A stretch of 63,853 bases of DNA, filler included, from Parasitella parasitica NRRL 2501 (Eukaryota > Fungi > Mucoromycota): the NCBI GenBank assembly GCA_025201805.1. It is 10 parts of 10 records of this genome, joined end to end, with 100 filler letters (N's around TTAATTAATTAA, not from the genome) between each part and the next. Parts side by side here need not be neighbours in the genome. Positions count along the whole stretch, not along the records: positions 50,565 to 60,660 come from MU619494.1; positions 60,761 to 62,743 come from MU619409.1; positions 62,844 to 63,853 come from MU619686.1; 7 more parts are not named here. One strand, written 5' to 3'. The position numbers were made by a program, and so were the translations under genes. The notes under the pieces were generated by a model that saw only the letters and a program-made list of their open reading frames with translations, was not told the origin of the DNA and did no database searches. Shown piece by piece: positions 50,700 to 63,833 of this stretch (its first letter is position 1; each line of letters opens with the position of its first letter).

Positions 50700-50843
50700 T
50701 CATTTAAGATGTTTCAATTTTTGTTCTCGCATGAGCACATTCATCGCCTTAATTTAGCTCGATAAGCACTTTTTCTGGCTCTAAAAACTGTTCCCGTTCA
50801 TGCACATCTATATTCTTATGAGAACATTGGCGAGGCCATAGTG
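50700..50843. mobile_element. CACTA terminus abutting the ORF of another CACTA copy
   Basis: Ends GAGAACATTGGCGAGGCCATAGTG and is similar to the ends at 20607 and 52461. Confidence 0.65.
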
Positions 50844-52461
50844 AGACCAAGCCTTTACTCGGATAATTTGTATAGGGATCACCCGCAATCTCTAAAAAGC
50901 ACTCAGTTGTGGGAACCATTTGAGCCATTTAGCGTTGTTGATGGAAGGAGTCTTGAAGGTAGCCTCCAAAATGTGCCATTACCAAAAATCAAAAGAGCAA
51001 TCACCAAATTCTACTGTCGGATTCATTCTGTCAATCGATTAGATCCTGCCTATCCACCAATCAGCCTGAATTTTACCGTTGCTCATCGCGTTTTGCTGAG
51101 ATCGTCTCTCATTGTATCAGAAAGATACAGAGATAGAATCCATGAATATCGTCGAGGCAACCACTATGTGATGTTCAACAGCAATCACATAAATTTCGTC
51201 AATCAAGTAGTTTCATGTTGGTTTGTTGGAAGTGTTCTTTTCTTTTTTGAACACGAATACAATAAAAACACGTACTTTTTGGCATTTGTTGAAGTGATGA
51301 AGCAGCACCGTGCAGCAGCCCACGATTCATCTATTCCTTTTGTTCGCATGAACAAACCAGTCAGTCAACAACTCGCAGCTGGAGCAAATCCAAATATTGA
51401 TCACAAATATGCTGTCATTGCAGTTGATGATATCACTTTGCAAGTTGGTCTGGTGCAATCGTTGTCAAATGAGCTCGACTTTAATGTAATTGGTAACTAC
51501 CATGCTTTTGATCAGGACATGACAAGAAATGCTGGTAGTATTATCCACTTGTAAAATGTGCACTACCTTTATGATGTACCTTCATTTTTGTGCTGCCATT
51601 TTCTTGTATGCCTTTCGTCTAATATTGTATTGTATCCTATTTTGCTGTCTTCTTTTTCTCGCGTTTATTATTGTTAACCTTGCTCGTATACACTTAATTT
51701 ATATTGAATAAACACGCTTTGTTGTTCTCATATACCGAGGGTTTTTTACAGATAAATATGTGAAATCAAAAATGAAAAAAAGATAAAAGAAATACAAAGG
51801 GGGCATATTAATTTTTTAGCTTTTATGCTCGATCGATGCCATTCATTCAACAGCCGTTTAATTTGTTTTAGGCTTTGCACTCATTACATTTATTATGCCC
51901 ATCCAATAACAATAAAAAATTTATTGCTAAAAGCAACTTTTCAAAAACATCACAATAAGATTTCAGAAGAGTGCCTCTTGTGCAATAATTGCTTTTTAGA
52001 AGACTGCAGCATACGTTGAAGCCAAAAGTCTATTCTATTTAATTTAAGCAATCAAGCCAATCTCGTTGTTTTGACCAGCTATATAAACACATTTTTCTTT
52101 GCCATTTCTGGCAGTAAATTGAATTACAAAATAAAAAGAACAAATTTTTGCTCTCGCATGAACATTTGCGTGATCGTGCGAACAAAAATAACTTTTACCC
52201 AAAACAGATGCAATCTCTGAAATGCGATATCTCAACGAATACTTAGTATTGAAAGTTACTACAAGTACAAAAAATAACCCAAACTATCTCACAAAAAATA
52301 TTGTTTAATTAAAAACGAGTTATCTTGACTTTTTTTTATAAATGTACATTTGGGCCAAAATTATTTATGGTCTCACAAGAGCATTAATGCTCCCATGACC
52401 TTAAAAATGTTCCCATTTGAGCACATTTATGTTCACCGAGAACATTCAGGACGCCATAGTG
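50844..52461 (+). mobile_element. CACTA/EnSpm element 3' end (ORF to 51554, terminus at 52461)
   Basis: ORF with WFVGSVLFFFEH...FLAFVEVMK, subterminal repeats and terminal GCCATAGTG. It interrupts a gypsy RNase H region. Confidence 0.65.
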
Positions 52462-53987
52462 GTACAACATTATTCACAAAAAAGGAACATTGAATGTAGA
52501 CGCCGACGCACTATCACGACTGGACCAGAACAGTCAAACTGCGGATATAGACATAGGAAGTATCACGGCCAAGGATATCAAGGAGTTACAGCTGGTGGAC
52601 GCCAAGATTTCACTCATGCTACAGGACGGTATCAAAAAACCCTTCAAGTGGGTGAATGAACTAGTATGCTATCAAGAGGAAGACCTTACAGTACCAGTAA
52701 TACCACTAGCATTGATAGAAAAGGTACTTCACTTTTCACACAATCAAGGCGGAAACTTTGGCGTTGAAAAGACAATCAAGAATGTGAAACGACTTGGATG
52801 GTGGGACAGCATCATGGAAGATGTAACGAATTGGGTAAGATGCTGCGAGGGATGCCAGACATACAAAGTAAGAAACGATAACCGCAAGCCGCCGATGAAA
52901 CCTATTACCCCTACAAGAATCGGCCAGATCTGGGCATCAGACATAGCAACACTCACCACATCAAAGCATGGCAACAAATACGTTATAGTACTTATGGAAT
53001 ATCTATCGAAATGGGCTGTCACTTGTGCTCTGGATACGTTCGATAGTGATATGATAGCTCAAGTACTGTTATATGAAGTAGTATTGAAATATGGATTGCC
53101 AGAGAGAATCATCTCGGATAATGGATCAAGTTATGTTTCGGACGCAATGACAACGGTATTGAATAGACTAGGAATCTCAAGGTCTTTAACTTCGGTGGAA
53201 CATCCACAAACCGATGGATTGGTAGAAAGACTGAACAGAACGCTGAAGGCAAGCTTGGCTATCGTGGTGGGACAAGAGCCAAACGACTAGTGCGATTATC
53301 TGCCCTTTGTAACTTTTGCCTACAACACGGCTACACAATCAAGTACAAAACTGACACCGTTTCGAATCATGCATGGAAGAGAAGCCAAACTGCCGCTCAT
53401 ACCAGCTATCCAGTTTGATGAAACTGACAGAATACCTATCCGCAAGTGGGGAACATTCTTGAACCGAACTGTACCAATGATACATGCAAAGGCCATTGCA
53501 AACATCAGAAAGGCTCAAGACCAGCAGAAAAAGCAATATGATCGAGGCAGAAGAACTCAAGACAAGTACAAGCCAGGGGATTTAGTAGCTAGGAAAAACA
53601 TGAAGATGGGAAGCTTTCCCAAGGAATGATGGATAGGGCCATGGGTAATTACAAAGGCAACCAACAAGGAAGAAACTGCTTACCAAATTTACTACAAGCA
53701 AAACCCAAGGACCATATCGAAGGCAAACATCGGTGACCTCAGGAAGTGGTACTCAAAATGAAGGGGAGGATGATGTGACATCCGTCACCTGACAAAGTCA
53801 GTATGCATCAATACAACTGCCATATATATTCCATGCCCGCAGACAATTCAAACTTCAAGCCCGAATCCATAGCAATATCATTATCCGTAGCAACATCATT
53901 TAGTATAAATACCTTAACCGTTTATAACAATAAAGAAACATCCATTTCAACTATAAATCTACTTATAGCAACCTTTCAAATATTACA
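52462..53987 (+). mobile_element. Ty3/gypsy 3' part, decayed (RNase H end, integrase, PPT, 3' LTR about 53774-53987), no chromodomain
   Basis: NVDADALSR, WASDI/ISDNGS/TDGLVER, WIGPW, stops at 53288 and 53627, and polypurine tract GAAGGGGAGGA followed by TGTGA...TTACA. Confidence 0.88.
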
Positions 53988-54271
53988 AAACTTTAACTAC
54001 ACGTATTAGGGATGCTTGTAATAGTGTTCTTTTGAGTGATTTGAAGGGCTTTTGTAAATACTCAGTAGAATAATTCAATGTTTGTCTCGCAAAGAGCCCT
54101 CCTTAAGGTGGAATTGATTTGGTACATTTGGGGCATCAGATTTCGTTTGAAATAAATTATTTTTCTTGTCCCATATTTTTTTTTTTCCAAATGTTGGAAT
54201 TATTTTATCTGATTTTAAAATCAAATTTTGTCTCTAATTTTTTTTTGTAAGTGTCCCAATAATTTCAGGAT

Positions 54272-55080
54272 TTAGTGTATTTGAGATTCAGTGAGAGTTG
54301 ATTGGGAACGGAAATGCGACACCTCTTGCAAGCAAAAAATGTCGTGTTGAAGGGATTTGGAGCGAAGATAAGATAAAAACTCTTTGAATGTTTGAGGATT
54401 GGAGTCCATGAACAAGCTACGCGTGTTCAAGGATCCAATTTTTATAGCTGTTGTTGTACTCTACATTGAGCCCTACGGGCATTCTCTTTTGTTATAGTTG
54501 GTCGTTTGATCAGTCTTAGACTCTTTAACACCAGCACCAACACTAATCACACCATCAGCCTTGACACTAGACACACCATTACTCTTAGCAGTGGTAGCCA
54601 ATCCATTTCGTTGCATTATGGCATTATTCAAAGAAGCTGTACTTCGTTGAGTTTGCGAGTTCAGAGAAGTCATCTGCATCATCTCGGCTGAAGAATCCAC
54701 CTTCATTTGCACAGTAACGCTTTCAGAAGCATATTTTGAACTTGCAAAACTGTGGTGATACAAAACACCAAATTCTCCAGTCTTCTTAACGCCAGCAGGA
54801 AGCATACCAATGTCCTTGTCACCATCAAAATTATCCTCCTTCATCTGCTTACCTGGAACCTCCTCGCATTCCATTTGGTCCTCAGAGCTACTCGTAATTG
54901 AGTGCTCCTCTTCACCCATATCATGAAGGTGCTCATCCTCAGAGTCAGTCCGATTCGTCAACCTCCTCCTCGCCTACCTTCTTTTCAATCAAATCAGCCA
55001 CCTTGTTGGCTGCTTGTCTAGCCAAAACATGCATTGTTGACTCCTCAGGCTCATGAGACACCTTCTGTTTTTTGAGGTAC
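54272..55080 (-). mobile_element. L1-like LINE fragment: ORF1 C-terminus (stop 54473) and start of the ORF2 APE domain (ATG 54466)
   Basis: Manual translation M*STTTAIKIGSLNTRSLF...FLSYLRSKSLQHDIFCLQE matches APE motifs I and II; it is absent from the ORF track. Confidence 0.7.
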
Positions 55081-55170
55081 TGTATACACAGCTACAACTA
55101 CTACAACGGTCTACGACTTCGGGAACCATTTCTAATTTTGTCACATAATGCTTATGTTGTTGTAGGGTAG

Positions 55171-55367
55171 TGTTATATCAATAACATGGCAAGGTCTCAC
55201 ATCAAGATCTAAGATCAGTCCCAGGGTCTTACAGTAAATCATGGGTAGTCATGATTTACATCATGCAGTTAGACAGTAGAACCCTAGTGTAATGAATATG
55301 TATATATTACATCGAGAGATGTATTATGAATAAAAGTGTAACTCTTTGGCAGATTTTTGACATAACA
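55171..55367 (+). mobile_element. Probable solo LTR
   Basis: TGTTATATCAA...TTGACATAACA inverted termini and AATAAA; no TSD found. Confidence 0.5.
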
Positions 55368-55930
55368 CACCCATTCTAATGCATAAAATTATAAAGAAAT
55401 ATAGCGAATATCAAGGATTTTAATGGGTGTTGTTTAGGATACAGATCAAATCTTAGCGGTTGTGCTGAAGTGATAGAACTTCCCACAAAAAGTAATTGAA
55501 TGTCATCTCTTACGGAACTACCTTAGAGATTCCAAATCAAGCTAATAAACAGATTACCTAAATATCTAACCGTGAAACCGCGAAGCATTTATAAAAAAGA
55601 AATCGAACCACAAACCACATTTGGAACGCATAGACCAATGTAAGGACTGGTCCATGCATGTCATTTACAAATGTGTCAGAAACATCGATATTAGAATACC
55701 GTACTTGATTATGTAAAATCAAATACAGAAAAACCTGACTGACAGTTACGGCATAACTGACAGACAGACCGTTTACAACAACGAATATAAATAGAGTAGA
55801 AATGTCTAACCTTTGCACGTTATCTTATTTCCAAAAAATAAAGAAGGAATTAAATTGTATCTATTGTTGTTTTACACTTTTTATTACATTTTTTACAATT
55901 TATTTCAATCATTGATCTCTGCAAGCAACT

Positions 55931-58900
55931 ATGTCAATTACCCCTTCGCCTCTCTCGTCTCCAAGACCTGAAGAACTTACCACTATTGGCTCTCCCACTG
56001 TTTCCAATGATGCATCTGTCAACATGATGGGTTCCACGATGTCCACCGCGACCGAGAAATTGAAGGACCTTGACATTTCGTCGGCTGAGATGGAGAATGA
56101 TTCTTCTTCTGAAGAGCTTGCCGTTGCAAGTGAAGATGTCGCCATGACTGATACTCCCCAACCTCCTGCGACACCATCTTTGAAAGAAATTTTGAAGAAA
56201 ACGCTACAGAAAAAGGAAGTTGCCCGACGAAACTACTTGAATGCCCTTGGCCAGGATTCGCCTGAAGCCGCTAGGAGAGCAGATGAACTCCGTGAAGAGG
56301 TTACTAATCTCGAAAAACATGTGAAAACCTTAACTGCCGGCATGAAGGTTCATCGCAATCTTAAGACCTCCACTGCACCGGGATTGAAGATTAGCAAGAG
56401 GGACCTCCCGAAATTTCAACTTGAATCCCATAAGGCCAAGCCCTTCCCAAGCGAAGACTCGTACAAGTCCGTAGACCACTTCTTATCCGAATTTGAGAAG
56501 ATTGTTTTTTCATCAGGCCAAGCAATTGAGGACGTCTGGAAACAATTGATTCCGCTCACCTTGTCGTATGACTTGGACGATTGGCTCAGAACGGTGATCC
56601 TGATGGCAGCTACTTGGGAAGAAGTCAAGGTACTGTTTAGAAAGAAGTTTGGTACTGCCCATTCAAGACTTAACAAGAGACGGGCCGTCATGAATATGGT
56701 GATGAATGACTCTGAAACCGTTGACGAGTACACTGGGCGCTTTTTGCGCACTGTTAGCGAAGCTGGATATAACCGCGACGATCTCACCATCGGCGATGTT
56801 TTCCTCTTGGGTTTCCCAGAAGCTTGGCAATTCAATTTGACTACCGTACTCTTAGCCAGAACTCAACGTGAGTCATGGTCAGCCTCTGAAATTTCTACCT
56901 TTGCTATGAATCTGATCGGTGACAAGACTCCTCGTGCCTGGTTTGCCACCAACCGAATGGGTGAAGATGCCCCCACCACGAAGAGAAAACCTTTGTCTTC
57001 TGATTCTGCTAAAACGGCATCTATCTCTGCTCCTGCACCAGAGATGCCTACAGGTCGTATGTTGGGCCACAGAAATTTGCCAAATCGCTCATCAACATCC
57101 AAATCACCTGTCCCCTGTCGTCATTGTGGACGCCCTTGGCGCCATGGCCATACCTGTGAAGAATATCGCGCTGCAAAGCGCCAAAGGGGTCCAAATGTCT
57201 TGTCTGTTTCTACTTCCGTTGAGGAGGAAAATGATGTAGACAACCAAATGAATAATTTCAAGAATATCAAAGAAGAATATGAAAATGAAGCATACAAATG
57301 TAAGTCTAAAACGACTAAGAACCAAAATAACATGAAATTAATCACACCACTTCTATTAAACGATAGAAGAATTGTTGGTAAAGTGGACCCTGGTTCAGAT
57401 ATAAGCTTCATAAATAAAAGTATTTTAAATAAAAGCTTTTCAAACATAAAAACATATAAAACAAATGGTTACCTTAATTTCCTATCTATGAATGATGACA
57501 ACAAAAATAGTACTGTATCTCGAGTCGGTAGAACTGAACCAATGCAGGTTACCTACACGAACAATATCAAATTTACCCATGAATTTGAAGTCATTGAATT
57601 TAATGACGAGCTATCAACTGAATTTGATGTCCTTTTGGGCGTCGATATCCTTCCTAAAATGAACATTTACTTGCAAGGAGTAGCCTATAAATTCCCAGAC
57701 TCAGAAAAAGCAAACGAAATGAAACAATTCGAAGATATAAATCATGATAATGAAAACAAATACAATCCTGAAAATGCTAATTATGGTACACCTAGTAAGA
57801 GAAAAGAGTTATTAAATCAAATTCAGCCAGCATTGGATAGAAATATTGCCATACCCAGTGATGCAGCGTGTACCATGCCCGAAGCAATTGTCAGAATCAA
57901 AATCAACGACCCAAGTAATTGCTTTGTACGCCAATACCCGCTATCCATCAATGCGCATGCGGAAATCAAAGTCCAATTAGAGCAATGGCTCAGAGACGGG
58001 GTCGTCGAAAGAACAAAACCAAATCCCACATATCATTCGCCTCTATTGGCAGTTCCAAAAAGAGATCCGCTGACAGGTAAAGCAACCAAATTAAGAATCT
58101 GTTGTGATTTAAGAAGGATAAATGCTGCCATCTCAGATAAGGATTGCCACGAAAACTTTGCCGTACCAAAAATAGATGAAATCTTTGGAAGAGTGTCAGG
58201 TCGTGCTAACATAATCCATGTTTTGGATCTGAAGCAGGCCTATTTTTCGTACCCTGTGTCACCTGAGTCAAGGCCTTGCCTCCAATTCAGTTTTAATAAC
58301 CTTACGTACCATTGGGCTAGGGCACCCTTCGGATTAAAATTCCTTGTGAGCCAGTTCGTTTTTGTCATGAGTGTTTTGTTTGATGGCATCGAGCAGGAAT
58401 TGACGTCAGAACTAAAAAAAATCTACATCAAGGAAGGAAGACAGATCAGTTCGACGTTTGATGATGAATCTCATGCTGGAATGTGTCACTATTTAGATGA
58501 CATTGTCTGTTGGGCAGTCGATGAATTGAGTGCAGTGCTGATGGTAAACTTGATTATTAATAGATTAACAAGGGTCAACCTGCGTTTAAATCACGAGAAA
58601 TGCTCATTCTTCCAAACAAGTGTCCACCTGCTTGGTTTTATAATCAGCAGAAATATAACCAAGATCGATACCAAAAGGTTATCCAATATCGATTCTTGGG
58701 AAATACCTACAACAACGAAGCAAGTGCGTAGCCTCATGGGGGTCATTAGTCATTTGAGAAATTACTGCCCTATGCTATCCAAATTGTCTGCCCCTATTGA
58801 TAGTCTACGAAATGAGAAAAATATCAGAGGGAAATGGACCCAATTACACACAGATTGTCTCGAAAGCATTAAACAAATACTCATGTCGAACCAAATCTTG

Positions 58901-60660
58901 TATGCTCCTGATCCATCACAACCATATTTTATGCAAACTGATGCGAGTGTATTGGGAATCTCGGCATGCCTGTTTCAAAAGGACGAACATAATCGAATCA
59001 AGCATATTGGTTTTGCAAGTAGATCCCTGAATAGCGCCGAAAGAAACTGGAGCACGAACAGGCGAGAGACAGCAGCCATTGTATTTGGCTTCCAAAAATA
59101 TAAACCTCTGTTATGGGGACATAACAACATCACTGTGCTCTGTGATCATTTAGCCCTTACCTACATTTTCACATCCACAACTGTAAATAGTACTCTTCAA
59201 GGTTATTTGGAAATACTGGGTGAATTTAATTTTTCAGTTGTTCACATCAAAGGCATGGATAACATCCTAGCTGATCGATTATCCAGATTATACCCAGCCA
59301 TAACTGAAGACGAAGAACTCGCTGATGAAAATGATCAGCTAATCAAGAAATTAGAAAAATTAATCTTACTGCGAAGAGTAAAAGGAAAACAAATTGTCAA
59401 ACAAAAGAAACTTTATTCCAATGACCAAAATCTAAATGTGCTTGCTGCCAAAATCAGCAGTAAAGAATTCAAGGCACAAACCACCGACTATATCTGTCCC
59501 CCGGAAAACGACCGAATCCAAATCATACTGGACGCCCATAAATTAGGCCACTTTGGAATTGCCGCGTGTGTAAAGCAAATACAAACATACCATGGTCTCC
59601 ATTGGGCCAGCATATACGATGATGTCAAAAGAACCCTCCAATCTTGCAAAGAGTGTGCGGTGCATAATATAACTAAAAAAGGTTATAACCCAATGCGAAG
59701 CGTCGTATCATTCGAGCCTTTCGAGTTCATTGGAATGGATATGGTAGGCCCTTTACCTGTAACTGGTAGAGGAAACTGTTATATCCTGGTAGTTGTTGAC
59801 ATCTGTACAAAGTATATAATTGCTCGACCCGCGCCAAATAAACAAAGCGATACCATTGCCCAATTACTTGTTGAAATTTACGGTGATTACGGGTGCAGTG
59901 TAAATGTTGCCTTGAGCGATAATGGTCGAGAATTCCGCAACAACCTGGCTGCATACATTAATAAAGCGTTGAACATCTCTGCAGTTTGGAGTAATCCTTA
60001 CTGGGCACCGGGTAATTCACACTCGGAAAATGCGGTAAAAACTATCACAAATACATTACGAAAGATGTGCGGAAATGATACCTATAATTGGGATCTGCGC
60101 CTACCTATTGTCCAACTTGTAACCAACATGAAAGTGCGGGAACGTACAGCTAGTACACCCTTTTCACTCATGTTTGCCAGGCAGGTTAACCTAGACCCAA
60201 AACGTCAAAATCGTAATCATCGCAAAGCCCTTACACTTGATGAACTACAAAAACGTGCTGCAATCATGAATGATATCGTGTTTCCAGCCATTCAAACGAG
60301 AACACAAGAAATTAACGAGCTGCAAAAAACTAAATTTGACAAAAAGCATTATATCCTCGAAAACATACCTGTTGATACGCCAGTCATGGTACGCCTCGCC
60401 GAAGGAAGAGCAAATAAACTAGCTCCCTTATACTCAGGACCATATGTTGTAGTCCGAAAAACGCGAGCTGGCAATTACGTCTTGAAAGATGACCGAAACG
60501 AACTCCTCCACCGTGATTATACACCTTCTGAATTAAAAGTTATTTCCATTGACGAAACAGCACTTGAAGAAACAGTTTACGAAGTGGAAGAAATACGGGA
60601 TCATCGCGTACTCTCCGACGGAACCACAGAATATCTCACTAAATGGGTTGGCTATGGTGA
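55931..60660 (+). mobile_element. Ty3/gypsy chromovirus with a single uninterrupted gag-pol ORF, truncated in the chromodomain; candidate 5' LTR 55431-55564
   Basis: Gag with CRHCGRPWRHGHTC knuckle, protease (VDPGSD, VLLGVD), RT (LDLKQAY, PFGL, YLDD), RNase H (QTDAS), integrase (MDMVGP, SDNGREF, HSE), GPY and YEVEEIRDHR...EYLTKWVGY. Same family as 25069-27038. Confidence 0.96.
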
Positions 60661-61999
60661 NNNNNNNNNNNNNNNNNNNNNNNNNNNNNNNNNNNNNNNN
60701 NNNNTTAATTAATTAANNNNNNNNNNNNNNNNNNNNNNNNNNNNNNNNNNNNNNNNNNNNCTCTCTCTCTCTGCTCGTATTTACAGGTATCCCTATATTT
60801 TTTACATCTTATTTTTATGTGTTAATAATAATAATTATTTTTCATGTTTCACAGTGGGTTCCAAGTGGGTTCCAGCAGGTTCCTCAGCTTATTGGAACCC
60901 AATTGTTAAATAACTACGTTTTACGATAGAAAAAAAAATATTCAAAATTTTTAAGCGTTCTATTCGTGTAAGAGCTATAACTTAAAGATGCTCTAATAGA
61001 TTATGATTTCAAGAAATGTAGTATGTTCATAGATAATATAAAGCTTTGTAGTATAAAATTGAAATTGGATAATGATCATGCTTTAAGAAACTCAATTACC
61101 AGCTTCTTTATAAAAATTAATTAACGTGCCCTTTTAAGAATCTCAATCACCATTCTCAAGAATCTCATTTATCATACTTAAGAATCTGAATTAACTTGCT
61201 TTGAAACAAATCAAATCTACAATATAATTGCCAGAATCTATGAAGTAGATATCAAAGGTAATTTGACTGCAAGAAGCACCACTTGGAAAGAGAAGTATTC
61301 TTTGAAGGGTGTTACTTTGTAATTTAGTTTATCAATGGTGCTTTTCTCTAGCCAACCAAACCTGGCATGGGGAAAAGGATTGTGCTGTGCTTTCGGTGCA
61401 CGGTTGCTTGTATTAAAAGATATTTGTAAATGCAGACAAAGTCAATAATATTAGGCCACTCAACACATTTCCTGGAGCACATGAATTCGCTGAGAACAAG
61501 AATATTAGCCGCTGACACTGCAGCAATGTCTCAAAGGTTCAGCACTCGATTGGTTCCAAAATGCCAATAAAATAAGGTCAAATTGATCAAGGCCTTGCTT
61601 GGTCTATTTCAGTTTAATTTCGGCCTGAATTCAATGGTTTTGACACGCCATGTTGGCGTTTGGAAAAGTTGATTTGAAAATAGTGCTTATATTAAGAGCA
61701 AGACGTAGACTCATAAATGGTAGAGCTGCCAAAAATAAAGACATTCGCATCTAGTAGAGGTAATGTACTTACTTATACACATAACATATAAAAATCAAAT
61801 GTACTTGGGTATTGTCGAATATATAGTGAAAGGTCACAAATGTTCGTGTATAAAAGCAAGAGAGAAACGATTTTTTTTTCGTCTTTTGTATTATCTAAGT
61901 TTTTTGAAATATGGTATTTGAATTGGTTTTCGCTCTTTTTATGGTTATTCGGATGGCTTAGTAGGTAAGACACGAATAGAGATCTATAGGCAGAATGCT

Positions 62000-62370
62000 A
62001 ATCCAACGAGAATAAAGCAGGTGGGCAATGAGGAATACCAGCTGTGATGAAACTTTTGTTTATATTTGACATGTTTTGATTGCACGAACGAAGGGACAGA
62101 GAAGATGAGAGACATACGAGAGCAGAGCTCCATCATAGGCCCAAAAGCAAGCCGATACTGGATGAATGAGTGCCTTTGGCGTGTCCCATGACGAGCTTCG
62201 CCAGCATACTATTATCCGTGATAAAGCGACCACAAACAACGCCCGTTTGAAACACATTGATGAGGAATGAGGCTCTTTTCGATTATTCGAGCGCTGAAAA
62301 TGCGGATGAATAACTCTGCAACTGTGTTGCTCAATATAAAGATCAAAGGCGACAGAAGAGGCCAAATTAT
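62000..62370 (-). mobile_element. Highly degenerate L1-like RT remnant
   Basis: SNTVAELFIRIFSARI and GRFITDNSMLAKLVMGHAKGTHSSSIGLLL in shifting frames. Confidence 0.6.
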
Positions 62371-62441
62371 TCGATAGCAGAATTTGATCGATGCGGAATT
62401 GAGAATCTTCATATTGGAAGGTAGTAAGTGGTGGTTTTCCT

Positions 62442-62493
62442 GGTGGTGTAAACCCATTGAGAAAGTAGGTGGTGTAAACCCATTGAGAAAGTA
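62442..62493. repeat. Perfect 26-bp tandem duplication GGTGGTGTAAACCCATTGAGAAAGTA
   Basis: Directly visible. Confidence 0.95.
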
Positions 62494-63044
62494 ATTATCA
62501 ATATGTCTTGGTCAAGACAGAGGAGCCTGACAATTTCGAGACAATAATGCATTTGAGTAATTGTGTTTGAAATTACTCAAAATGATTGAGCGTAAACAAG
62601 ACCAAGAAAATACAAAGCTATAGCTTGTGAGCTTGGCAGAAAAATGGCATATCATTCAGACTGGGAGGCAGCAAAGTACACGATCTTTATGGTACAAAAC
62701 AATTCAGATGCGACAAAAGTATGTGTTATCAAAAGGATAAAGANNNNNNNNNNNNNNNNNNNNNNNNNNNNNNNNNNNNNNNNNNNNTTAATTAATTAAN
62801 NNNNNNNNNNNNNNNNNNNNNNNNNNNNNNNNNNNNNNNNNNNTATAAGATGGACCTATAGAATATGCTGTATTCAGCAGCTGCTATTATTTCATCATTT
62901 TATTGGTAATTACTATGATTTTTAGGCATATGCTTAAAGGGTTGAATATTATCAACTGTAAAATAATGCCACCATACTCGAGGATATGTGTAAAAAACGA
63001 GATTCCTCATAAAATACATATTAGCATAAATTTATCCATATGAA

Positions 63045-63833
63045 TTAGACAACCAAAGATATATCTTCTGGTCGAACAAATACACCTCTGTTAGGAGACG
63101 ATACAAAATATCGATGGCCATCAACAGATCCATCGTTCTTTCCAACTACAAAGGTCAAAAGATTAGTTTAGAGTTGTGCGTTGTGTGCTTATGAGCAGCA
63201 TCTACAAACCTCTTCTATCAAGTTCAACGCCAATCCAGACGCCCTCTGCAAAGTTGACATGGCCAATAAATTCAACAGTGCCGACTGTGAGCGTCGGTCT
63301 TCTAGTTAGCTGAACTCTCCTATGCATGCCCACCATGGGAGCACTAACTTGACCTCGCAACGGTGTTTTTTGTTTTATGCCAGAGAAGGAGATGGACCTT
63401 TCCTTTTTGGTGTCTGCTATTCGCACCTGTGACCAAGAAGTTGAGGAAGTAGATATACTTGTACGTACAGTGGAAGTGGAGAGTGTTCTGTTTGACAATC
63501 GTTGTTGCTGTGCTGATCCCGTCGTAGCAGCACTATTGCGACGACGATGATGACTTGACCCCAATTTCTTGAGTAACCTAGTCAACTGACTAGCAAATGA
63601 AGACGATGCCGTTGCAGACGAACTCTCGTTATTTGCAACAGGCAGGCTAACGCGTCTTGTCGTCGCAGATGTTGTGCGCAATGTCGAGCGAGACGAGTGT
63701 CTTGATAGGCCGTTGGTATGCGTTGAAGTTGAGAGATTCAGGCTGGGTATGGAGGGCAGTAGGAATGAAAATATACCTCGATGGAAAAGTGGGTGGTTTG
63801 AGCTTATAAGCGATTTCGGGCGTACATCCAGAT
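63045..63833 (-). CDS. CAP-Gly domain protein, 3' exons only (gene extends beyond the window)
   Basis: GTVEFIGHVNFAEGVWIGVELDRR, intron, then VGKNDGSVDGHRYF...GVFVRP. The Ser/Thr-rich upstream frame is open to a splice acceptor near 63834. Confidence 0.88.

Noticed and set aside
33707-53629. RIP-like mutation as the source of stops in TEs
   Set aside because: Too few lesions of mixed type, and several copies are fully open; cannot be supported without copy alignments.
55565-55590. Tf1-like self-priming PBS after the candidate LTR 55431-55564
   Set aside because: Only a weak 5-nt complement (AACCG/CGGTT), and the LTR boundaries are unconfirmed.
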